64,000 nt of DNA from an uncultured Gammaproteobacteria bacterium (GCA_964576435.1 CAZNUP010000001.1:378259-442258); one strand, 5' to 3'; counted from the stretch's first letter, positions 27,852-34,938 are shown. Made by a program: numbers and translations. The notes: generated by a model from the letters alone, not told the origin.

Positions 27852-28457
27852 TTAGAGCACTGTATTGCCCTCTCCAGTTACTGTAGTTTCAACACTAGAA
27901 TCAGCTGGGCCAGTTACGACTCCATTTGTTCCATTGGTGTTGTCTTTCACAGTGTTTCCGCCGGTATTAGCGACTGAGGAAACTGCTGTAACAGCAACGG
28001 TGTTACTCTTTTGTTTCACGACGTTTGTAGTGCCGGAAACGACTGTCACTGTGTTAACGGATTTTTTACCGTTTCCGGTAATGCTAACGTCAGTAGAATC
28101 GCCACATCCACAAGATGGAGCAACTGCTTCATTGGATCCACCCATAACAGTAGTTGTAACTGTTGATGTGGAAGCGCCAGTTGTAACTCCATTTGTTCCA
28201 CCAGTGTTTCCATTAACTTTGTTGTTTCCACTGTTAGCTACAGAAGAGACGAATGTTAATGCCATGGTGTTACTTGTTTGCTTGGTGATATTTTTATTTG
28301 CAGAGATAGCAGTCACTGTGTTAACGGATTGTTTTCCATTTCCACTAATGTTAACTGTGTTTGCTGCAAATGCTGCGGATGCTGTGGTAGCGACCAAAAG
28401 GCCAATTGCCAAAGCTCCTGTTGTTCCTTTCAAAATTAGTTTGTTCATATTATTCAC
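27852..28457 (-). CDS. Secreted repeat-family protein (two ~85-aa SGNG/NTGG repeats separated by 'PSCGCGDSTD' Cys motif)
   Basis: Signal peptide 'ALAIGLLVATTASAAFA'. Repeats 'ISGNGKQSVNTVT...ANSGNNKVNGNTGGTNGVTTG' and 'ITGNGKKSVNTVT...ANTGGNTVKDNTNGTNGVVTG'. The + strand ORF over the same DNA translates to P/V/T nonsense. Confidence 0.65.
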   Translation of the reverse strand: MNNMNKLILKGTTGALAIGLLVATTASAAFAANTVNISGNGKQSVNTVTAISANKNITKQTSNTMALTFVSSVANSGNNKVNGNTGGTNGVTTGASTSTVTTTVMGGSNEAVAPSCGCGDSTDVSITGNGKKSVNTVTVVSGTTNVVKQKSNTVAVTAVSSVANTGGNTVKDNTNGTNGVVTGPADSSVETTVTGEGNTVL

Positions 28458-28466
28458 CCCCTTTCA

Positions 28467-29504
28467 TCAAAGTTCACATTTAATTCGAGTTTCTGCTTCA
28501 CATGTGTCTTTTCCATTTCCTCCGTTAGCTTTGTCAGTTCCTGTTTCCCCAAATAACTTGTCATCACCGTTTCCGCCGTCAATGATGTCGTTTCCCCCGC
28601 CGGCATGAACTTCATCCCTGTCATTACCAACGTCAATTGTGTCAACTCCTGATCCTGAAACTATTAGATCATTTCCATTTCCACCAATAATGTTGTTGTT
28701 CCCGTCCCCTGCAGAGATATTGTCATCCTCATTTCCCCCATCGATTGTGTCGTTGCCACTTTCTGCCGTGATAACATCTTTCCCATTTCCCCCATCAAGT
28801 TTGTTATTTCCCATTCCCCCAACGATACAGTCATCATTATTTCCTCCATCAATTGTGTCGTTTCCTTCAAGACCAATTATCAAGTCTTTTTTATTTGTTC
28901 CATTAAGTTTGTCATTACCTGAGGTGCCCATTATTGTTGAAGTGTATTGGCTGATATCCCCACAAGCTGCGGGTAGAGAAAACGCGACACCGATTTGTAA
29001 ATCAAAAACTATTTTTGTGTTTTGAAATTCATTTCCAGCATTTGGATCAAAATCTAATTTAAATGTATATTGTTTAGTGGCTCCTGAATTTAAATTGCCT
29101 AAGGCCATTCCGTCTGGTCCATTGCTTTCACTAAAAAATTGACTAAGTGTTTTCGGGCCATAAACCGTAGTAGCTCCTTGTGTGATTGTTATTTCTAAAA
29201 CTCCAGACAAACTAGCTGTTTCGGAAGTTAAAAGACCCCGAACTGCGATGGGTTTAAGGTCTGGTGATGAATTTGTGACATTAACATTCCTATTTTCCGA
29301 TTGTCCCGGTGCAGCATTAGCTATATTAAATAGTGGTGTTCCAGGTGGAACTCCCCAGTCAACTGTTAGGTCCCCAACAGCGTAAGCGGTAGGGGATTTG
29401 AAAATATTCATAACTCCCCCACTAGCCCAAACTAATATTGCTATTACTCCTAAAACAATTCCAATTCTGATAAATCTTTTTGTCATATATTTAGCATGAA
29501 CCAT
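28467..29504 (-). CDS. TasA/camelysin-like N-terminal domain fused to RTX-type (GGxGxD) calcium-binding beta-roll repeats; SipW-cognate-like signal peptide
   Basis: Signal region 'WASGGVMNIFKSPTAYAVGDLTV' (compare TasA 'GGGTWAAFNDIKSKDATFASGTLDL'). 'NIANAAPGQSE...NVTN' and '...FDLQIGVAF' are TasA-like. The C-terminal half carries at least 10 nonapeptide-like repeats 'GGNGNDLIVSG', 'GGNGDDKLFG', 'GGMGNNKLDGGNGKD'. Confidence 0.7.
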   Translation of the reverse strand: MVHAKYMTKRFIRIGIVLGVIAILVWASGGVMNIFKSPTAYAVGDLTVDWGVPPGTPLFNIANAAPGQSENRNVNVTNSSPDLKPIAVRGLLTSETASLSGVLEITITQGATTVYGPKTLSQFFSESNGPDGMALGNLNSGATKQYTFKLDFDPNAGNEFQNTKIVFDLQIGVAFSLPAACGDISQYTSTIMGTSGNDKLNGTNKKDLIIGLEGNDTIDGGNNDDCIVGGMGNNKLDGGNGKDVITAESGNDTIDGGNEDDNISAGDGNNNIIGGNGNDLIVSGSGVDTIDVGNDRDEVHAGGGNDIIDGGNGDDKLFGETGTDKANGGNGKDTCEAETRIKCEL

Positions 29505-30126
29505 TATTTGTTAACCCTTTTGTTGACGTGTTGCAGTTTTTGAATGAACCGGTACCATCGATATTTCGACCTATTGAAACATTTGCACTGCTTGAGGCGT
29601 AAGTTTGCGCGCTGACTGTAGCTCCTAAATTATTTTCTAAATTTAATCCATCTCCGGCATTGTTAAGCCAACCCGCGCTATGGTTAAAAGCAAGTATTTG
29701 ACCTGGTGTAATTGTCCCAGTTAGCGCTAAGTCATCAGCTCTAGTGTTATTTGCGTCAAAAATCCCCCAGCCTGTCAAATTTATTGAGGTGTTACCAATG
29801 TTAATTATTTCTACCCATTCATCTCCAATGCTCGGTTGAGTCATAAACTCATTAATTTGCAGATTAGTGATTGGTGCGGGAGTTGGGATTGGGGATATTG
29901 TCGGCGTGGGGGTCAATGACGGTGTTGCAGTTGGAGTAGTGGCTTCAATTGGTGTTACAGTTGGTGTAATTTCTTGTGGTGGAGTTTGCGGAAAAAGGCT
30001 AGCTGCAGTAAACAAATTTCCGCTATTAGAATTAGTGCTGGAAAATAATGCATATGTGACACGATAAGATATTAATGTCAAAAACACTAAAATCATTCCT
30101 ATTAATAAAAAGTGTTGTTGTTTCAT
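29491..30126 (-). CDS. Lamin-tail-domain (LTD) protein with SipW-cognate-class signal peptide and PT-rich linker
   Basis: 'YALFSSTNSNSGNLFTAASL' matches the SipW-cognate signal pattern (AxFxD/S...N.FTAG.L). 'TPTVTPIEATTPTATPSLTPTPTISPIPTPAPIT' linker. 'INEFMTQPSIGDEWVEIINIGNTSINLTGWGIFD' is LTD-like (PF00932). Confidence 0.7.
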   Translation of the reverse strand: MKQQHFLLIGMILVFLTLISYRVTYALFSSTNSNSGNLFTAASLFPQTPPQEITPTVTPIEATTPTATPSLTPTPTISPIPTPAPITNLQINEFMTQPSIGDEWVEIINIGNTSINLTGWGIFDANNTRADDLALTGTITPGQILAFNHSAGWLNNAGDGLNLENNLGATVSAQTYASSSANVSIGRNIDGTGSFKNCNTSTKGLTNNGSC

Positions 30127-30671
30127 GGTGTAGCTGCAATCTCATTTCTAACTTTTTTCTCAATTTGGACTTCCATCTCCTTTTTAATATTCCAAATTTC
30201 AAAGCCCATGAAAATAAAAGCTGGAATGGCGATCGCAATAATAAATCCTGTTGGAGTTTTTAAATTTTGAGACAAATTTCCAATATAAGGTATAGTCGCA
30301 ATCCACTTACCCTTTATGGAACTGCTATTCACTGGATCCAAGTCAGCTGCATTATTAGCGTCTCCTTTTGTTTTAAAACTCACGATATCGTTTGTCATAA
30401 TGGTCTGGTTAATTCTGTGAGCGATTGTCCTTTTGTTTATGTCTTCAAAAACAACTAAGTCGTTTAATTCATAGTTTTTTTGAGGGCTAGTAAAAATTAC
30501 AGACCCAACAGGTACAGAAGGCTCCATGCTTCCCGAGGCTATTGCAAAGCTCCGAATGCCACCTAGCACATTAGAATTTGAAGTGATAACGGTTGCCCCG
30601 ACCAAAATAAGGATCAAAGCCAATGTTGATTTAAGAAAGATTCCTAAGCCAGTTAGTATTTTTTTGTTCAT
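30123..30671 (-). CDS. sipW: SipW-type (ER/archaeal-type) signal peptidase I with C-terminal TM
   Basis: N-terminal TM. 'SGSMEPSVPVGSVIF' (the catalytic-Ser SGSMxP box of S26B/SipW-type peptidases). Second TM near the C-terminus 'FIIAIAIPAFIFMGF'. ATGA overlap with the downstream LTD gene. Confidence 0.8.
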   Translation of the reverse strand: MNKKILTGLGIFLKSTLALILILVGATVITSNSNVLGGIRSFAIASGSMEPSVPVGSVIFTSPQKNYELNDLVVFEDINKRTIAHRINQTIMTNDIVSFKTKGDANNAADLDPVNSSSIKGKWIATIPYIGNLSQNLKTPTGFIIAIAIPAFIFMGFEIWNIKKEMEVQIEKKVRNEIAATP

Positions 30672-30706
30672 CTAATTTCAAATATATAATCGTATGTTCC
30701 CGGGTG

Positions 30707-30723
30707 GCGGGGCCATCCCCGCC
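30707..30723 (-). other. Intercistronic GC hairpin between tasA-like and sipW (no U-tract): possible partial terminator or processing site
   Basis: GGCGGGG-CCAU-CCCCGCC 7-bp G/C stem, plus an adjacent CCCGGG palindrome, inside the 58-nt gap. Confidence 0.35.
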
Positions 30724-30729
30724 AAAGTT

Positions 30730-31281
30730 TTACTGTGACGCGGTGAAAGCCATATTGAATGCTACACTTTGTCCTTGAAACGAATCGTCAGTTGTTGGAT
30801 CAAAAGTTAGTTGAGCTGCTAAGTTGTATGAACCTCCTGCGGGTAATGTTGCTCCTGAAAGAACAAAATTAGCCCAAGTTGGGTCGTCCAATGCTCCACT
30901 GCCTAGTGATGTGTCGCCTGCGTCAAAAACGCCATTGTCATTTGCGTCTTTAAAGAGCATTAGATTGAGTTTTGCTGCCAATCCAGGGTTTGCACCCCCA
31001 ATGGCAATCGAACCCACCTTAACAAAATTTGCATCAACAGTTCCTGTATTTTGCAAAGTCAGTTTTTGGGAAAAGACATCGCCAGGTGCTGCTGATGGAA
31101 TGGTAAATACGCCAGTTGATGGGGAGACCTGAGTGTTTATTCTCAAGACCATATTACCGGCTCCAAAAGTATTTCCAGTGTTGGTATTAGTTGAACTAAA
31201 TGCTGCAAAAGCACTACCTCCAAGCATGGCTAAGCAAGCCACGATTGAAACTGCACTAATTGCTATTTTTCGATTTAACAT
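30730..31281 (-). CDS. TasA/camelysin-family protein with SipW-cognate-class signal peptide
   Basis: Strong SD GGAGGTGAG. 'MLGGSAFAAFSSTNTNTGNTFGAGNMVL' signal (TIGR04088-like). 'IPSAAPGDVFSQKLTLQNTGTVDA' (compare TasA NLKPGDKLTKDFQFENNG). C-terminal '...VAFNMAFTASQ'. Confidence 0.75.
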   Translation of the reverse strand: MLNRKIAISAVSIVACLAMLGGSAFAAFSSTNTNTGNTFGAGNMVLRINTQVSPSTGVFTIPSAAPGDVFSQKLTLQNTGTVDANFVKVGSIAIGGANPGLAAKLNLMLFKDANDNGVFDAGDTSLGSGALDDPTWANFVLSGATLPAGGSYNLAAQLTFDPTTDDSFQGQSVAFNMAFTASQ

Positions 31282-31305
31282 AAATTTTTCTCACCTCCTT
31301 CACAC

Positions 31306-31342
31306 AAAAAACCAGCTATCTGGGCAGATAAAGCTGGTTTTT
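31306..31342 (-). promoter_or_regulatory. Long near-perfect hairpin with A5/U5 flanks in the 5' leader of the tasA-like operon (candidate attenuator/operator)
   Basis: AAAAACCAGCTATCTG-GGC-CAGATAAAGCTGGTTTTT. Lies between a candidate minus-strand promoter (TTGCCA-17-TAATAA, about 31352-31380) and the SD. The 'TGGGCAGA' core recurs at about 31391. Confidence 0.4.
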
Positions 31343-31562
31343 CATTAGATTTTATTAATTTTTTAAAATTGAATTGGCAAACTTTCATTTGGGCAGAATT
31401 TCCAAATAAACTTTTTGTGTTTGCCTCCGATGGCGGTCAGCAAGAATAACCATATCAAGACCAAGTCCATGACTGTCAACAAGACAAATTACATCGAAAC
31501 TATGTCATGGTTTTTTGCCATTTTCACTGAATAAAAATCAATTTTTGAAGCGGGAAAAATAT

Positions 31563-31576
31563 GCTAGAATAAATTA
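31563..31576 (+). promoter_or_regulatory. Extended -10 (TGcTAGAAT) placed 6 nt upstream of ATG: candidate leaderless promoter for 31577 gene
   Basis: TGCTAGAAT-aaatta-ATG. No Shine-Dalgarno sequence. Confidence 0.4.
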
Positions 31577-32512
31577 ATGAAACCTCACGAACATCTTCTT
31601 CACATCTTTACTCCAAGGCATACTAATAACCACAGAGCCAAGATTCTTCATTTTTCTGGATTAACTTTCTGCATAGCACTTTTGCTAGTTTTTCAATTAG
31701 CTTTAACCTTTGTTCACGCAGTTGATCCCGAGGTTTTAGGATATGCATCTAATATCAATGTCTCAGATCTTTTAAGTCAAACAAATTCGAGACGCGCACA
31801 AGCAGGTGTTGGTGCACTAGCTTTAAATGATCAATTAACAAACGCCGCTTCAGGTAAAGGTGCTGATATGTTTCAAAACCAATATTGGGCGCATGTATCC
31901 CCATCTGGAAAAGAACCATGGGCTTTCATAACTGGAGCTGGTTATAACTACGTTTTCGCTGGTGAAAATTTAGCAAGAGATTTCGGGGATTCTAAAGGTG
32001 TTGTTGATGCTTGGATGAATTCACCTTCACATAAAGAAAATCTTTTGAACGAAAGGTTTAAAGATGTCGGTTTTGCCATTGTTAATGGTAAATATGGAGA
32101 TTCTGAAACAACGCTTGTAGTACAAATGTTTGGTTCAAAGGCGAGTGATGCTCCATCAATTTCTGAAGTAGCAGCTGTTAATACTCCAATCCCATCAGAA
32201 ACTCCAACATTAACACCGACCACAACCATAACCCCTGTCGCTCCAGTAAATCCTGCCAACGGACAACCTCCAACGGGGGTAGTTCTTAGGACAGAGACTC
32301 AGATTACCAATCCAAAATTTGATATCTTATCTCTCTCAAAAACTCTAGCCTTTGGAATAACAATGTTACTTCTAGCAGCATTAGTTATTGACGCAGTTCT
32401 AATCTACAAAAGAAAAACTGTCCGTATTTCTGGTCACAACATTGCTCACATGTTGATTTTAATTACAGTGCTAGTTGCAGTAACCTTAATTGGAAGGGGG
32501 ATAATTATTTAA
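31577..32512 (+). CDS. CAP/SCP (YkwD-like) domain secreted protein with PT linker and C-terminal 'LSLSKTLA'-TM-basic tail plus second TM
   Basis: N-terminal TM/signal. 'QYWAHVSPSG...WMNSPSHKENLLNERFKDVGFAIV' is a CAP/PR-1 signature. 'IPSETPTLTPTTTITPVAPVNP' linker. C-terminus 'ILSLSKTLAFGITMLLLAALVIDAVLIYKRKT'. Confidence 0.7.
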   Translation: MKPHEHLLHIFTPRHTNNHRAKILHFSGLTFCIALLLVFQLALTFVHAVDPEVLGYASNINVSDLLSQTNSRRAQAGVGALALNDQLTNAASGKGADMFQNQYWAHVSPSGKEPWAFITGAGYNYVFAGENLARDFGDSKGVVDAWMNSPSHKENLLNERFKDVGFAIVNGKYGDSETTLVVQMFGSKASDAPSISEVAAVNTPIPSETPTLTPTTTITPVAPVNPANGQPPTGVVLRTETQITNPKFDILSLSKTLAFGITMLLLAALVIDAVLIYKRKTVRISGHNIAHMLILITVLVAVTLIGRGIII

Positions 32513-32778
32513 TGAATACCAATCACACAGTTCGTCACGGTTTTGATTTCTTCCTTCTGGTTTTAATTTTATGTTTAGGTTTAGGAGGACTACTCTATTT
32601 TAATTTCAACAAAGCTGCACAGATAAGTATTGTAATTATTATGTCTGCTATGTACATCTTTTGGGGAATTTATCACCACCATCATGATGGAAATCTGACA
32701 TTTAAAACACTATTTGAGTATATTGGAATTGCTTCTTTAGTTGCAGCAGTGCTAATTGTAATGGTTACAAGGATTTAA
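32512..32778 (+). CDS. Small 2-3 TM membrane protein, His-rich loop (HHHHD), hypothetical
   Basis: ORF overlapping the upstream stop. Hydrophobic helices. No homology recognised. Confidence 0.35.
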   Translation: MNTNHTVRHGFDFFLLVLILCLGLGGLLYFNFNKAAQISIVIIMSAMYIFWGIYHHHHDGNLTFKTLFEYIGIASLVAAVLIVMVTRI

Positions 32779-33401
32779 TTTTCTTTTCTCCACTCATCAA
32801 TTTTCCCGTGGTTTCCAGATAAAAGTATTTCTGGAACTTTCCACCCATTAAATTCTTCTGGCCTAGTATATTGTGGGTGCTCTAGTGAAGTTTCTGACTC
32901 TGAAAAAGATTCAAACTTAACTGCGTCGGGTTTTTCCAAGACACCTGGGATAAGTCTGGTAACAGCATCAACTATTGCCATTGACGGAATCTCTCCACCT
33001 GTTAAGACGAAATCACCCATGCTAATTGACTCATTGACCAGGTGTTCTCGGACTCTTTCATCAACGCCTTCATATCTTCCGCAAATTATTGTAAGTTGAT
33101 CTAGTTTTGCAAACTCCCTGGCCTTGGCTTGGGTAAATCTTGTACCTCTTGGGTCCATAAGTATTACCTTGGAGCTTTTAATTTTTTGCAAAGCTTTAAA
33201 AACAGGTTCGACCATAAGGACCATTCCGACGCCACCACCGTATGGTCTATCGTCAACAGTTCCTCGTTCATCGGAAGCAAAATCCCGGAGGTCATGGTAA
33301 TTGATTTTAACCAGGCTTTTATCCTGTGCTCTTTTTATGATGCTCTGGTCAAATGGTCCAGAAAACATATATGGAAAGAGAGTGACAATATCAAACGTCA
33401 T
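32775..33401 (-). CDS. trmD: tRNA (guanine37-N1)-methyltransferase TrmD
   Basis: 'FDIVTLFP.MF', 'RPYGGGVGMVL', 'IICGRYEGVDERV' SPOUT/TrmD motifs. Confidence 0.9.
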   Translation of the reverse strand: MTFDIVTLFPYMFSGPFDQSIIKRAQDKSLVKINYHDLRDFASDERGTVDDRPYGGGVGMVLMVEPVFKALQKIKSSKVILMDPRGTRFTQAKAREFAKLDQLTIICGRYEGVDERVREHLVNESISMGDFVLTGGEIPSMAIVDAVTRLIPGVLEKPDAVKFESFSESETSLEHPQYTRPEEFNGWKVPEILLSGNHGKIDEWRKEN

Positions 33402-33425
33402 AACTGTATTTTAGCCCTATTGCCT

Positions 33426-33439
33426 GATATACTCAAATT
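33426..33439 (+). promoter_or_regulatory. Extended -10 (TGaTATACT) 6 nt upstream of ATG: candidate leaderless promoter of the glycosylation super-operon
   Basis: TGATATACT-caaatt-ATG(33440). No Shine-Dalgarno sequence. Confidence 0.4.
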
Positions 33440-34195
33440 ATGACCAAGCCCAAAATAGTGATTGCCATGCCCACCTATAATGAGGCGGAAAGCATTGGGA
33501 AAATGCTGGATGTGCTAACTAAAGATATTTTTCCAAAAATCAAAGACCATGATGTCCAGGTTTTAGTAATTGATGGGCACTCTCCTGATGGAACCTGGAA
33601 AATAGTTGCCGAAAAAGCCAAAAAGAATAAATCAGTAGTTCTCCTAGATGAAGGTAAAAAAAGCGGCCTAGGTGCTGCTTATACTAATGGTTTTAACTAC
33701 GCCATAAAAACTCTTAAAGCTGATGCAATTATGGAAATGGATTCCGATTTCCAACATGATCCACAAGACATCCCAAGATTCATTGCAGAATTTGATAAAG
33801 GCCATGACTATATCTTGGGATCAAGGTATATCAAAGGTGGTTCAATTCCAAAAGAATGGGGATTAGATCGTAAATTCTTATCAGTTGTTGGTAACCTTGT
33901 TTATCAATTTGGTCTTTTGATGTTTGATATCCATGATTTTACAACTGGTTATCGCCTAGCAAGGGTAAAGGATTATTTAGATTCAATAAACTTTGAAAAA
34001 GTTTTTTCTAAATCTTTTGCCTATAAAACTCGTCTGCTTTATGAAATGAAAAAGAGAGGTGCCAAGATTGAAGAAATCCCAATTAAGTTTGGAGTAAGAG
34101 GTGCGGGAGATAGTAAGATGACTACAAATACATTAACTGAAAGCGTCAAAATTATCGCAGTGATTTGGGCAGATCGTCTAGGATTGTCAAAATGA
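33440..34195 (+). CDS. GT2 polyprenyl-phosphate sugar synthase (Dpm1/GtrB/ArnC-like), soluble form
   Basis: 'IVIAMPTYNEAESI', 'VIDGHSPDGT', 'MDSDFQHDP' DXD-type GT-A motifs of dolichol-phosphate mannose synthase-like enzymes. Confidence 0.85.
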   Translation: MTKPKIVIAMPTYNEAESIGKMLDVLTKDIFPKIKDHDVQVLVIDGHSPDGTWKIVAEKAKKNKSVVLLDEGKKSGLGAAYTNGFNYAIKTLKADAIMEMDSDFQHDPQDIPRFIAEFDKGHDYILGSRYIKGGSIPKEWGLDRKFLSVVGNLVYQFGLLMFDIHDFTTGYRLARVKDYLDSINFEKVFSKSFAYKTRLLYEMKKRGAKIEEIPIKFGVRGAGDSKMTTNTLTESVKIIAVIWADRLGLSK

Positions 34196-34938
34196 AAAAA
34201 CTTGTCATAGTTGCCCCTACTTTCAATGAAGAAGAAAACATCGAGGACTTCATCACAAACACCCTAGCTCAGCAAATAAGACTAAACAATGTGGATTTGG
34301 AACTTCTTATTTCAGATAGTATTTCCAATGACAAAACAAAAGAGATTGTTCAAAAAATGCAAAAAAAAGAAAAGAAACTCCACTTTTTAGAGTCTAAAAC
34401 TCCAGGTCCTGGAAAGTTGGGTGCCGGTCTAATTGAGGGTCTAGATTATGCGACTTCAAATCTTAAAGCAGATTACCTGATCACTATGGAGGCAGATTTA
34501 ACAAATGACGTCAATAAAATTCCTGAGATTGCAGATCTACTAAGTAAGTTTGAAGTGGTAATCTGTAGCAGATATATAAATGGTGGCCGTGTTGTTAATT
34601 GGTCGCTGTGGAGGAAGTTTTTAAGCTACTTTGCAAACTTAATTTTGCGAACTCTTTCCGGAGGCTCTAAATTGCATGAATTTACCAACCTTTACAGGGG
34701 CTTCCATAAAGATGTCTGGCAAAAGCTCCGTCCGGAGTTAATAGCTCAAACTGATTGGCTTTTTGTTCCGGCATTCGTTTTTGCAGTAATTCAGGGCAAG
34801 TTCAAAACGGTTGAGATTCCCTATACGTTTTATGATCGTTTTGGTGGCAGATCTAAGATGCAAACTCCCTCATATACAAAAAACTTGCTTATATTTGCGC
34901 TAAAATATAGACTAAACCGTCATGGAGCATTTTCTTAA
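34192..34938 (+). CDS. GT2 polyprenyl-phosphate sugar synthase paralogue (Dpm1-like)
   Basis: Start chosen at the ATG that overlaps the upstream TGA (ATGA). 'LVIVAPTFNEEENI', 'MEADLTND'. Confidence 0.8.
   Translation: MKKLVIVAPTFNEEENIEDFITNTLAQQIRLNNVDLELLISDSISNDKTKEIVQKMQKKEKKLHFLESKTPGPGKLGAGLIEGLDYATSNLKADYLITMEADLTNDVNKIPEIADLLSKFEVVICSRYINGGRVVNWSLWRKFLSYFANLILRTLSGGSKLHEFTNLYRGFHKDVWQKLRPELIAQTDWLFVPAFVFAVIQGKFKTVEIPYTFYDRFGGRSKMQTPSYTKNLLIFALKYRLNRHGAFS

Noticed and set aside
27865-29025. + strand ORFs (27865-28608, 28639-29025) overlapping the minus-strand repeat and TasA-RTX genes
   Set aside because: They translate to P/V/T/F-rich nonsense. The minus-strand products show coherent domains (signal peptides, SGNG/NTGG repeats, GGxGxD repeats).
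31133-31348. 71-aa + strand ORF across the tasA-like start and leader
   Set aside because: It overlaps the minus-strand SD, start and leader hairpin, and has no start context of its own. It is better explained as regulatory DNA.
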